Of a stretch of 64,000 nucleotides of DNA, positions 39,913-53,097 are shown in pieces (within the stretch, counting starts at the first letter, position 1; every line of letters begins with the position of its first letter). The notes beneath the pieces are model-generated. The model had not been told where the DNA came from and did not search any database. It worked only from the letters and a program-made list of their open reading frames with translations. The translations under genes and the position numbers were made by a program. Location: assembly GCA_951406725.2 (NCBI GenBank), contig OX597817.1, positions 6,510,001 to 6,574,000 on the forward strand, read 5' to 3'. The stretch comes from Octopus vulgaris (taxonomy: Eukaryota).

Positions 39913-42831
39913 CCAAGAACAATCAGCCATCTCCTGTATATCATCATCTGAAATCCAGATATAAACTGCTGTCCTTGAATGCCCGTAGTTTATGTTACAA
40001 GGTGCATCTTTTTGTCTCCTACGTCAAAAGTATCAACCCAGATTTCATCACAGTCACGGAAACGTGGGCACACTCTGCACTCTGTGATGGAGTTTTCAAC
40101 ATAGCCGGCTACAACTTGTTCCGCAAAAGACCGCATTAATCGCCGTGGAGGGGGTGTGATGATTTATGTTCGATCAAGTCTATCGGCAATCCCCTGTGAT
40201 GATTTGAACCAATCTCAGCAGGAGGTATTTTTCTGCAATGTACACATGACCATGTCAACACTTCTGCTCGGAGTCGTTTACCGTCCTCCAAATTATCGCC
40301 AAGACGCACAGCTTTTTGATATCCTCAGGGCGGCTGCCATGAAAACAGCCACATATGTGTATGTTGCGGGGGACTTCAATTTCCCTGAGATTGACTGGGA
40401 GGCCTTCCGTTGGCCGCAAAGTGCAGACGATTTCCTTGAACTGGTGCTGAATTCGAATTGGTCCCAAGTTGTTACCTCCCCCACAAGGGGTAACAACACT
40501 TTGGATCTGCTACTTACCGCTTCTCCTGAAACAATCATTAGTGTCGCTACCGAAGACCCTTTGGGTGACTCTGATCACTCCATGATCATGGCCGACTTGT
40601 CTCTGATTGGCTGTAACAAAAAACACAACCATCTTCAGATTGCCCGCTTTGACTGGAATAAAGCAAACTGGAGCTCTTATTGTACTGAGCTGCAACGCCC
40701 AAACTGGCGCGAATTTTATGCCTCTGGAGATGTGGACACTATACTCCAGAACATTCTGAATTCAATATGGGCAGCATGTGCAGCATCAGTACCACGCAAA
40801 CACAATAAACCACCCAATAGTGCAATTTGGGAGACTGCAGCAGTCCGACTTGCCAAGAAAGAACGCCGTAATGCTGAATGGGAATACAAATTGCACAAAT
40901 CAGAGAGCAACAGGAAAAAGCGCAATAGGTCAGCCAACCACCTCAAGCAGGTGACAAAAAAGGCAGTGCTTGAATTTGAACAACGCATTGCAGCTAACCC
41001 TGACAGCAAAGGGTTCTGGAAGTATGTGCACTCAAAGCAGAGACCCCACTCTCCTGTTGGTCCCCTTCGCAATCCCCACACAGGATAGTTTACTGGCAAT
41101 CCCGAAGAATGTGCAGAAATCATTGCTGGATGCTATGCCGGCATCTTTACTGTCGAAGACCAAAATGTTCCATCATCATCACCACTGACATCGGACTCTA
41201 TATCTTCTATGGAATTTACACCAGCAATGCTGCAACGCCACCTAAAGAATAAACGCAATTATGCCTCTCCTGGTCTCGATGGTGTTACATACCTACTTCT
41301 CAAACGCGGTGGGTACTTTCTTCTAAGCCAACTTTCTCTATTCTTCCAATTCTGTCTTGACAATGGTGTTACTCCAGAACAGTGGACAACTGCCAGTGTC
41401 ATCCCTCTGTTCAAAAAAGGCGACCGCACATCACCTGTCAACTATCGCCCCGCCAGTCTTACCAGCTGCATCGCCAAACTGATGGAATCCTGTATCAGAG
41501 AAACCCTCTGGAACTTCTGGAAGTCTCACAGCCTCATCCAGCCGTCACAATTCGGATTTATTCCTAACTCCAGCTGCTATAATCAACTCATCGAGTTTCT
41601 TGAGGATGTTACCCAAATCACTGATCGCGGATCCTGGGTGGATGTTGTTTACCTGGACTTTGCTAAGGCTTTTAACTCTGTGCCACACAAAAGACTTATG
41701 GTGAAGCTTTCTGCGTTGGGTGTAAGAGACGAACTCTATAACTGGTTAAAGTCCTTTATTTTCGGCCGAAAAGAGGTTGTCACAGTTCTAGGACAGCACT
41801 CTTCGCCCTATGAGATGACATCTGGTGTGCCGCAGGGATCTGTTCTTGGCTCCCTTTTATTTGTTGCATATGTTAACGACATAGATGCCAACTTAAAGAA
41901 TGCCACAGTGCTGAAATATGCAGATGACATCAAGCTGTACCTCGAAATAAAGAGGTCAAATCCTATACACTATGGATCTCTATTGCAAGCAGACCTGGAC
42001 ACAATGCAGCAGTGGATCATGGACTGGCAACTCAAGCTGGCTGTGGACAAATGTACCACCATGCATTTTGGGAGGAGAAACCCAGCATCCACCTACTCCC
42101 TCCACAACACTAGTCTCAAAAAGTCTTCAAGTGAACGTGACCTGGGTGTTATTGTCAACAGTGATTTGCGTTGGACAAAACACATCGCCAAAATTGTCAA
42201 GAAGGCTGAGGGTGTCTTGGCATCACTCACCAAATCCTTTGTGAGCCGCTCTCCGGCTATCTATCTGCGGCTTTATATAGCTATGGTAAGACCTCACCTG
42301 GAATTTGCATCACCGGTCTGGAACCCCTATCTTGCCCAGGACATCAATCATCTGGAAGCTGTTCAGCGACGTGCAACCAAAAGAATACCCCCCATCAGGC
42401 ATTTGCCATATCCTGAACGCCTTACTTCCCTGGGCATGGACACATTGAAACTCCGACGTCTGGCAGCTGACCTGGCAGACACCCATAAAATTATCAACCA
42501 TCGCACAAACAATAACACTGAGCACCTCTTCAAACTCCACCCATCTAATACCCGTGGACATATTTACAAAGTCAGAAAACAGCACAGCTCCCATGACTTC
42601 AGGAAACATTTTTTCACGCTGAGAGTTGCTGAAGCGTGGAACAAACTGCCGGCATCGGTTGTTAGTTGTCGGAGCACTGATCCTTCAAGACTTCCATGCT
42701 TCCTGAGATTCGCCAACACTACACTTGATTTTCTCCCCTCCATATACACACAAGCATGTTCACTTTCCAGACATTTCTACATTACTGCATGTACTTTATA
42801 TGCACTTTCTGATAAGTTGTGGTGCACCTGA
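39909..42831 (+). pseudogene. LINE ORF2 (AP endonuclease plus reverse transcriptase), disrupted
   Basis: LNARS, VTETW, YRPP, GDFN, LDL, SDH; YLDFAKAFNSV, GVPQGSVLG, YADD. Lesions: +1 A near 40125, in-frame TAG at 41086-41088, probable frameshift near 42680. Confidence 0.92.
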
Positions 42832-42867
42832 GCACTGTATACAATAATTTCATTATTATTATATATA

Positions 42868-43281
42868 GGCGCAGGAGTGGCTGTGTGGTAAGTAGCTTGC
42901 TAACCAACCACATGGTTCCGGGTTCAGTCCCACTGCGTGGCATCTTGGGCAAGTGTCTTCAGCTATAGCCCCGGGCCGACCAATGCCTTGTGAGTGGATT
43001 TGGTAGACGGAAACTGAAAGAAGCCTGTCGTATATATGTATATATATATATTTATATGTGTGTGTGTGTGTTTGTGTGTCTGTGTTTTCCCCCCTAGCAT
43101 TGCTTGACAACCAATGCTGGTGTGTTTACGTCCCCGTCACTTAGCGGTTCGGCAAAAGAGACCGATAGAATAAGTACTGGGCTTACAAAGAATAAGTCCC
43201 GGGGTCGATTTGCTCGACTAAAGACGGTGCTCCAGCATGGCCGCAGTCAAATGACTGAAACAAGTAAAAGAGTAAAAAAGA

Positions 43282-43282
<1 letters not shown>
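42868..43282 (+). mobile_element. SINE family A, full length
   Basis: tRNA-like head (TGGCTGTGTGG / GGTTCAGTCCC), cttgggcaag motif, internal (TA)(TG), LINE-like tail plus gtaaaaga repeats. Confidence 0.95.
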
Positions 43283-43367
<85 letters not shown>

Positions 43368-43612
43368 AGGAAAAATTTTTTAAAAAATGCAGAATGCTCA
43401 AATGAAAGAAAATTTTAATAAAATGAGAAAATGATAAAATATATAAATGTATATTTATTCAACCGGTTTTCGTCATTGTATGACTTGTCAAGAATATTTA
43501 TGTTTTAAGAAGTTTTTTTTAAAATTAGAAAGGGGAAAAAAAGAAAATTCCATTGTTTTTTGTAAAAGAATAATGATAAAAATGTACAAAAATTAAAAAG
43601 GATGATCTGGAC

Positions 43613-45060
43613 ATGCTCAAACACCTCCCGAAAACAGTTAACGAGGAGGCACTCCTGGTATCCTTTGATGTCATCAACCTCTACACCAACATTCCACATG
43701 AGTATGGTATAGAGGCAATTGACTTCTGGCTAGAAAAACACCCAGAGACATTCCCTGACCGCATTAACAAGTCTTTTATTACAGAATCTCTTAAGTTCAT
43801 TCTGACAAACAATTTTTTCTCTTCGACGACACACACTACCGTCAAAAATGTGGCATTGCGATGGGTACCAAGGCTGCACCAGTCCTTGCGAACCTCATAA
43901 TGGGTTACTTCGAACTGTCACTCTATGAAATATCAAGCCAGAAATTTGGACATGTTTTCCACACCTACCTAATGGAAAACTGGAAAAGGTATTTAGATGA
44001 TTGTTTCATCATATGGAAAGAACCTTATGAAAAACTCCTGGAATTCAAAACCATACTAAACAACATACATCCCAACATCCAATTCACTATGGAATTAAGC
44101 AAACATCATCTCCCATTCCTTGATCTCCTAATTATAAAAACACCTAAGAACCAAATCATAACAGACATCTACCACAAACCTACAGACTCACAACAATACC
44201 TCCTCTTTAGTTCATGCCACCCAAAACACACCAAGACAAATATCCCTTTCAATTTAGCTAAAAGGGTATGCACCATTGTCTCGGATCCAAAAACACGAGA
44301 AATACGCCTTCAAGACCTCAAAAAAACACTATTACAACGTCAATATCCCTCCACCCTTATAGAGTATGGAATAAAACGCGCCAAAGAACTAGACAACACT
44401 ACACTGAAAACCACCCAACCTAACACCACACACAACCTCAAAATACTTCCATACATTTCCACCCACAACCCCAAAAATATCGAAGCATACACCACAATCA
44501 TACAAAACCTCAGTCTACTGTCAACAGACCCAAAAATGAAAAACATTATAAATACACACAAAATCCTCAAATGCAAAAGGCAACACAAATCTTTAAAAAA
44601 ACTCTTGACAAATGCCAAACTTCACACACCACATCCACCCCCAACAGTAAAAAAATGTGCACGCTCAAACTGTGGTACCTGCCCCTTTCTACTTGAAGGC
44701 TCTGAATTTACCTTCAAACAAGGTACGAAGTTTAAAATCAAGACTAACTTCTCCTGTAACTCCGAGAACCTTATCTACGTTCTCACATGCGCTGGTTGCC
44801 AACATAATTATGTTGGACAAACGAGTCTCCCGTTACGTAAACGAGTAACGGTGCATAAAGAAGAAATAAATCTCCCGGAATACCGACAAATTCCACTGAG
44901 TGACCACTTAGACTCATGTGCTAAAGACTTAAACCCCAAATTCTATATATTCCCCTTCTACCAATGTAAAGACGGGATCACCACACAGGAGAGAATTAAC
45001 AAGGAGAATCTCTTTATTGAAAAATTCCAAACACAACTTAATATGCAAACTCCTCGTTGA
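43613..45060 (+). pseudogene. Penelope RT plus GIY-YIG endonuclease (N-truncated, one frameshift near 43820)
   Basis: SFDVINLYTNIP, MGTKAAPVLANL, RYLDD, LPFLDL, YHKPT, SCHP, NLIYVLTC..C..YVGQT...RKR...H. Confidence 0.93.
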
Positions 45061-45693
45061 TCAAACTTCCTTTCTCTACCTCACTTTTCATGGATGGACT
45101 AACACAAATATATAAAGATACCATGCATTCATCACTTCAAGCTAAAACTTATATTCTTTAAATATCATTTTTACTATTGTTGTTATTACTATCATTTTTA
45201 TTATAAATGATATGACAATTTGAAATGCAATTGTCTATGCAGATTTATATTATTAGAAAATAATGTAAATAAAGTGTTAAAATCTGAAAGTTAAGTTAAC
45301 AAGCAATTATATAAAAAAGATAATGCAAATGAAGCTAAAATGATAGTTTTATAATTTGGGTTTTATTGAAGAACTCAAAAGAGTTGTCTCCCCTTACTCA
45401 CAACACAGGAACTGAAGAACCAGGACCACAATTACTACTACTTCCTGTCCTGCAAACATGCTGAATTTAAAAACACAACACAACACATGCTCTTAATCCC
45501 TTTGGATCTTAACACCTCAAGGTAATTTTTTCGTAAACAACCATAAAACGCAAGATACACAACGAACTCACAATGTATCGGAGAACTTATTTTTTAATTT
45601 TTGTACATTTTTATCATTATTCTTTTACAAAAAACAATGCAATTTTCTTTTTTTCCCCTTTCTAATTTTTAAAAAAACTTCTTAAAACATAAA

Positions 45694-45734
45694 TATTCTT
45701 GACAAGTCATACAATGACGAAAACCGGTTGAATA
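45694..45734 (+). ncRNA. pLTR hammerhead-like motif, U3-A8 variant (inverted copy at 43456-43496)
   Basis: tattc-TTGACAA-gtcat aca atgac-GAAA-accggt-T-gaata. Confidence 0.7.
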
Positions 45735-45871
45735 AATATACATTTATATATTTTATCATTTTCTCATTTTATTAAAATTTTCTTTCATTTGAGCATTCTG
45801 CATTTTTAAAAAAATTTGTCCTTACTTATCATTTCTCCACGTGCGGTCAACACAACCCCACCATTTATTGA

Positions 45872-45925
<54 letters not shown>

Positions 45926-47534
45926 ATATATATGTATGTATATACATATATTTATATACATACATACATACATATATACATACACCCCACACCACCAGGC
46001 CACACTACCCACAACAGTACGCCATCGCAACACCTGTGTTTGTGTTTTGTTTTTCTATAAATTTCAACTATCTGTGTGTGTGCGTGTGTTGGCGGATATG
46101 TGTGTGTCTATATGCACACACACACACATTTATATATATATATATGTATGTATGCATGCATGTATGTTGTATTATGTATGTATGTATGTATGTATGTATG
46201 TATGTATGTATGTATGTATGTATGTATGTATGTATGTATGTCTTCCTATTTATTTTCAGAACAAAAATAAAATCGGAAAAGTAATCGCAAACAAGCGGAT
46301 GAAATAAAATAAATTGTCTTGGCAAAACGTGTCTTAAATCTTACTGTGTAGGCATTTCTTTCTATGATAGAATCAGCGAAATGTCAGTAAATGAGTTGAT
46401 ATAAAAGAAGTCATATTGTTTACGATTCGTCGTTGGACAGGAAAATCGGCTCTAATAACTAAGCGATTCGTTTTAATACCTGTATAATGACGATAGCAGC
46501 AATTCATCTTTCTAAATGCTATCTGAATTGTTAGCTATCACGGGATTTTGAACAGAATCGAAATAAATGGAATAACAAATCTATTTACTATCTCCATAAT
46601 TACGCGAGTTAACCAATAGCAAGCTGCAGAAACGGTTTAATATGTTAAGACATTCCAGAACGTCTTTTCTGTGTACTGCTGAAAATTCCGAAATCTCTTT
46701 TACAACATCTCTCTTGACAATGCCAAAGATTCGCTGTAACTACTGATAAATATCAGTGATATTACTGAAGGAGGAAGTGTTTATCAGGGAAAATATTGAT
46801 TTTTGATTCAATCAAATGACCATAGGTGTAGAATGATAACACATGAAACATTATGTGTCTGTCTTTTCCATCGTCTTCAGCAACGTAAGGGAAGTGAAAC
46901 AATTACAACACTGGAAAATAAATATTTTTCCAGGTGCAAATCACATATTCTACGCTTGTCCTTAATTGAAATCGAACAAAAATATTAAATCCATGCACAT
47001 ACGATAAGCAACGTATCAATAAGGAAATAATATGTTGTAATACCCATTCAATTCCACCTGTGATTGCAACATAAATGAAGTGAGACCAATGGGTAGATTC
47101 ACTTTTTCAGGAATGATCTACATACGTAAGCTACACAACTTTTAATGAATACCAGAAATGTAACTAAATAAGAAAGTGAAAAATATATTCACTGTCTCTA
47201 CTAGTCTGCCACTTTGGAGGTTTCTATTTTGTTTTGCTCGTAAACGTTACCTGAATGTCGATATTATTTAGCATATTTAATATTCACACATTTAATAAAG
47301 AATCTAAATTAGCTTTATTTATAAATCGAAGAGGAAATGGTGTCTATTCAGCTGAAATTGAAACTATTATTATAACATTAATACCATAATATTAATATTT
47401 TAATATTATTATGTAATGTTAAAAGTGATTATCGTTTTACTGGAAATAAATGCAATCCATTTCTAACTTTTTTTCTTCTAATTCTAATTTTAACAAAATC
47501 ATTTTTTCTTGTTATTCTAATTTTAACAAAATAA

Positions 47535-47732
47535 TCTGTGTCTGTGTTTGTCCCGCCAACATCGCCTGACAACCGACGCTGGTGTGTTTACGTCCCCGTA
47601 AACTAGCGGATCGGCAAAAGAGACCGACAGAATAAGTACTAAGCTTACAAAGAATAAGACCTGGGATCGATTTGCTCAACTAAAGGCGGTGTTCCGGCAT
47701 GGCTGCAGTCAAATGACTGAAATAAGTAAAAC
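47535..47732 (+). mobile_element. SINE family A 3' half
   Basis: tgacaaccgacgctggtgtgtttacgtccccgt...cagtcaaatgactgaaa. Confidence 0.9.
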
Positions 47733-47740
47733 GATAATAT

Positions 47741-48345
47741 ATATTGGGTCATCCCATAAATAATGCGGGTTTTTTCAACTGTATGAACTAAAATTCGGAG
47801 CGGGATAGAATAACATACCTGCATCAACTTGCTACAAAAGCAGGTAGTAAATTTTCCTTGTACTTATTCTTAGTGAAAGTTTTCAAGAATGCAGTTCGGT
47901 TTTAGCAGTTATTTTTTCAAAGCTATAATGGAACTGACAAAGGAGCATATTCAGCATATTTCGCTTTATAAGTTCAATAAAAGCAACAACACAACGGAAA
48001 GTGCGAAGAATATCAATGCAGTATATAGGGGATCGGACAAGAAGCGTTAGAGAGTGTCAACGGTGGTTCCAGAAATTCCGAGGAGGAAACTACAGCCTAG
48101 AAGACGAGCCTCGTCCTGGAAGATCCTTGACGAGGACATTCTGCACACTCTGGTGGAACAAACTCCCATCGTAACTGTTGGGGAACTCGTAGCAAGGAAG
48201 CTTGGATTTGTTCACTCAACCATACATCAACACTTACGTGTCATCGTAAAAAGCCAGTAAATCGGGTCAATGGATTCTTCCCAAACTTTCGAAGTCTAAT
48301 CACGCGCAGAGTGGATATGTACTTTTCTATGCTGTCATGTCTCAC
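47741..48345 (+). mobile_element. Decayed mariner, 5' part
   Basis: TA plus ttgggtcatcccataaataatgcgg TIR-like start; MELTKEHI...CQRWFQKFRGGNYSLEDEPRPGR HTH remnant. Confidence 0.8.
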
Positions 48346-48384
48346 AAATGTAGAAGACACTGACTCGTGATGCCAAATGGGGAT

Positions 48385-48445
48385 GAAGACTGAAGCATGT
48401 GGTTGGTGAAGCAAGCTTCTTACCACACAGCCACGCCTGCGCCTG
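48385..48445 (-). mobile_element. SINE family A head fragment
   Basis: gcaagcttcttaccacacagccacgcctgcgcc. Confidence 0.8.
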
Positions 48446-48694
48446 TGTGTATCTCTTATAGTCATACTCTTGAATTATTCTATTTTGTTTCCGGAAATAA
48501 TAATTCATTTTGTTAAAAATTAGGCATACACGTATTTATCATAGTTTATAGCAGCAATAATCATAAAACGTCTCCCAAATAACATGCAGCTTTGTAGTAA
48601 TTTGTGTACTAATTATTGCTTACCGGCCTGAATTGAGAATCTTTTCTGACAATCCTGTCTGCTATAATACTGAGTTTTTTCGGGGGTTTTTTTG

Positions 48695-48880
48695 TGGTGG
48701 GTAGAGAGTCGGTCGATTACTTCAAACCCAGTACACAACTGGCACTTATTTCATCGAAAGCAAAAGATTAAGAAGCAATGTCGACCTCTGAATAATTTGG
48801 AATATAAAGACGAAATATAAAGACGATCGAAATGCCAAGAAGGGTTTTGCTCAGCGTGGTAACTATTCTGAGATCTCGCT
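48695..48880 (-). mobile_element. SINE family D, old diverged copy
   Basis: ggtcgattac..acccagt...actgg.acttatttcatcga is similar to the adjacent copy. Confidence 0.6.
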
Positions 48881-48925
48881 CCCTAAACTTCTCGGATAAT
48901 GCGAAACATGATATCTAGATATATT

Positions 48926-49156
48926 TAATTGTTTATTGCCCACAAGGGGCTAAGCATAGAGGGGACAAACAAGGACAGACAAATGGATTAAGTCGATTAC
49001 ATCGACCCCAGGGCGTAACTGGTACTTATTTAATCGGCCCTAAAATGACGAAAGGCAAAGTCGACCTCGGCGAATTTGAACTCAGAACGTAGCGACAGAC
49101 GAATACTGGTAAACATTTCGCCCGGCGTGCTACCTATTCTACCAGCTCGCCGCCTT
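48926..49156 (-). mobile_element. tRNA-derived SINE family D (Meta-domain-like) with 18-bp TSD
   Basis: Head ggcggcgagctgg.agaa, B box gagttcaaatt, core ttgcctttc.tc.ttt.ggg.cgat.aaataagtaccag; TSD atgatatctagatatatt at 48908-48925 and 49157-49174. Confidence 0.92.
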
Positions 49157-50964
49157 ATGATATCTAGATATATTATTTTCACAGATAAGCCTCGTGTCTA
49201 TTAGATAGGTTCTTATTGCATTGATATGTAAATGCATATAATGGTAAATGTCTATCTCATAAAGATCAACTTCCGGAATTCGTGCAAATTCAAATTTCAT
49301 TATACGATCTTTCGTGACGGCATTCAAATTGTTTTAGTGATAACGATTTTCTGAGCTATGATGTCATAACACCGTGTCAGTTCGATGTCTGATCTCGAAA
49401 CATATGTCACTATAAAACAGAAGATTGCTTCAAAATTATAAAATATTTTAGCTTTAGAAAAGTAATAAACGAGACTTATAAAGTGAATATGATTTATGTC
49501 TTCAGCAAATCTATAAAATGACAGATGCTAACGAACATTTATAAGAAACGACAAACGTTAGAGGAAATTTAATTAAAATTCAATTACTATCACAGGATGT
49601 TTCGAAAACTAATGAAAACAATTTTTCAGTTCATGTATAATTATATTCAAAGATCTTGATAGAAATGTTTTATCGATCGTTGGTCAAGTGGTCAAATATC
49701 TCCTTATTTGATATAGGAAGTCCGTTTTCAAAGTCGATAGGTAAGCTAATTTCTCTATTTATAAACACATTCTGGATATCGGCTTTTTGCTTCCTGTGTG
49801 ATTAATAATTACAAAGAATTTATTTCTGATACGTTCAAAGACAATGTATTGTGAACCCTTTATAAAAGAAATTTTGTTATAAATTATTTTCACAGCGGTC
49901 TTTTGATGAAATGGGAGATGGGCAGATCAACAATTTAACTGTGCTGATACCACTAACAGCCTAGTAAATGAGATGCTTGACATCTCTCAATCACCGACTC
50001 TTTACATTCCGAAAACAAAAACAAAAAAGGTATTTATAATTATCGTCTGAAAATAAAGTTTATTAGAAGCAGAAGCAACTCTGAAAAAATTACGTTATTA
50101 ACAAGTATAAACATGAATACATTCACGACAGTGTCAATACCGATTTCTTACAAGGTACCAACATCCACTATACTTTAATGAATATATTTTCTCGGAGATG
50201 GACTTAAAAATATAATACGATTCTTCAGGTTATGCTCAGCTATCCTGGAAGGATCAGAATCAAGAATAAGCTAAACAAATGAGAAACAAACACAAATACA
50301 TATAGTTTGAGACATACGGATGCTTACAAAATAACAGTATTCATGGAAATGTCTTGTTCAACAAAAAGTCTAGGTAACCTTTATGTTTATTATGTATAAA
50401 ATATGTTAGTTTCGATTAAGTGACTGCAAATGTCACATATGTAACCGAAAATAACTCAAACTATATAATGAAATTATTCTCAAGTAAGAAACAATGCGTA
50501 CTGTAATTTAAACGATTTGTATGTGCGAACACCGTAAAATAAAATACCGATTAAAACATATCATACAATATGTAATAAAGAAACGAAATCAGAATAATAT
50601 CAGGTGGTATAATCTGTCGTGAAGTCAAACATAAATTCAAGGAAATGAATGAAACAAACTGAAATAATATATATATATATATATACTTAATGAAGTAGAT
50701 GAAGAAAAAAAAATCAATTAGGTTAACGAAAATGCAAAACACACTGGCACGCCCAATGAACATCAATGAATGATCGTAAAACAGATCACTAACGAACTGG
50801 ATAAGTCATATTAGGAAAAGAAATTTGTAGCTTGTCATCAGTGTACAACCAGTAAAATCACTCATTGTATATTATGGTAGATTGCAATAAATAAATGAAG
50901 GGGCGTGTACATTTAACTGTGAACCCAACATTTGGAGCGAATTAAAATTGTATATATTTATTTA

Positions 50965-51300
50965 TCTTTTATCTTTATTTGGTCCAGTCAGTTGACTGCC
51001 GCCATGATGGGGCACTGCCGTGAAGATGTTCGGTCGGACGAATCGATCCTAGTATTTCTTTGTTTTAAACTTACTACTTATTCTATCTTTTGCGAAACCG
51101 CTCGTTTTAGGGGATATAAACACACCAACACCAGTTGTTAAGCGGTGATTTAGGACACACACACAAATACACATACACACACATAGAGATATAATCAACA
51201 GGCCTCACAACGTCTTGGTTGGCCTCAAGCTATTGCAGAATACACTTTTCTAAGGTGCTACGCGCTGGGATTGAACCTGTGAGCCATATGGTTAAACACC
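50965..51300 (-). mobile_element. SINE family A, diverged
   Basis: cagtca.ttgactgc.gccatg.tgg.gcac.gcc and acaccaacaccagttgt.aagcggtg segments. Confidence 0.75.
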
Positions 51301-52977
51301 TACACCTATATGTAAAACATTTAATCTAAACTTTAACGGGAATGATATTGAAATCATGAGGGTTAATTAAAACACTATGTACTGCCATATTTCTGACAAA
51401 CTCTAGCAATTGTTAGTGGTTAAATTCATTGCGTTATGACCGTTAGAATATTCTAAGTATATTTATATGTGTTACAATTTTTATCAGAAATGTAAGTAAA
51501 TCTCATCCACTTTGCACAGTCACCATGCGTTGTTTGTACAAAGTAGTAGCTATTTAGAATGAGCTCAGTTAGATAATTTGGTAGGTAAGTATCAAGTCTT
51601 ATATGCACCCCGGTACCAGAATTAGGATATAAATTGCTTACATTGATTACAATAGTCTTACATATCCTCGGTAACGACTGAATTCAAAATTGCAAAATAG
51701 TGACAATCAATTTGCCGTATATAATGCTTTCACTCTTCCATTGATAGGTATTAACGCCAAGTAGTACTATTTATACTATTTTCAAGAGTGTTGTACCCGA
51801 GTCCGTCACGGAAAAGTAAGAAGAAAATTTATTCGTGTGAAAATAGGATATAAATCTATGCATTATAACATAACATTCTACATTTACAGTTATTTAAAAT
51901 AAAAAAAAAAAACATTGTCATTATAACAAAGTGTAAATGAGAAACATGATATCACCAGAAGCTGCACATTTCTGGATGGTCTAGCAGAATCAGTTGGTGC
52001 CATTGGATTTTAGTTTGTTTACAACACTCGATAAAAAATCTTTCAAGGATATGTATTAAAAATCAAGACACCTCTATGTTCTACATTTCATAGCATTACG
52101 TTAATCCCTACTTAAATTATAATCAGATATAGGAATATCAACTATACCTTTACGCGCGATGCATGCGCACGCACACACACACGCACATACACACGCACGC
52201 ACATAAACACACACAAACAAACGAACACAAACAAACATATACATAAGTTTTAGGTGTTTCTACATATACATTTAGGTGTTTCTACGCAAGCAGTCACAAT
52301 TTTTCAAGGACTCCAATTTCTTGCTTGATGGAGTCGTAAGGATACTATCGTAACATACAGCGTGACAGCGCATTTTAAATATGGTGTTGTCCATTCTTAT
52401 CCATAATGCAGTCATTCATATATCGGAGAATACTCTCACCTACAGATACACGGAAACTCACTCACGCAGACATACACGCACGTCCAAAAATATGCATAAT
52501 AGAAACATACATACGTATGTATACACACGCATACACACACACACACACACATATATATATATTTATTAAATGGAGGGATATGATATCCAGGCAGATATCG
52601 AATTTCTCAGGGTACAATACCAAGGCTTATTCTTTCCGATGGTACCACTTTTGGTAATTTACATTCACCTCTCATTCGATGTTCCAGTTTATTTCTCAGT
52701 TTCTTAGAATGTAAAGAGGAACACTTCTGCGACCAAATATATTTCTAATTAATTGAAAAGGAAAATTCCTTTTCAAAATAAGTCAAATTTATTTACCCTG
52801 AAGTGATCGTATCAATTATGCATACATCGGTGCATATGAATGTGCAACAATATACGATTGATGCGATCAAAACACCTGTCGGTGTTGTATTCTAACTGGA
52901 AATAAACAAAAAGGTTGAATGTTAAAATTCTAAATTCTTTTCATTTTGATATATATATATATATATGTGTGTGTGTG

Positions 52978-53097
52978 TTTAAGAACCTGCAACCGCCATG
53001 GATGCTGCCGATTTCCCATTATATCACTGCAATATATATATATAGCAATGGTATAATGGGGAAAAAGCGGCATCAATGGTCGTAGCAGGTTCTCAAA
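52978..53097. repeat. Imperfect 53-bp-arm inverted repeat around (AT)n
   Basis: 52978-53030 pairs with 53045-53097. Confidence 0.85.

Larger units (their letters stand above)
39451..42861 (+). mobile_element. CR1-group LINE, 5'-truncated within ORF1, near-intact ORF2
   Basis: ORF1 remnant plus APE-RT ORF2 plus short 3'UTR ending in (ATT)n; both ends abut TA runs. Confidence 0.93.
43364..45872 (+). mobile_element. Penelope-like retroelement, 5'-truncated, with inverted pLTR
   Basis: 43364-43599 is a near-identical reverse complement of 45591-45826; internal RT plus GIY-YIG; flanked by (TA)n on both sides. Confidence 0.95.

Noticed and set aside
39468-42749. Antisense and alternate-frame ORFs over the LINE
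   Set aside because: Shadows of the higher-GC LINE coding sequence.
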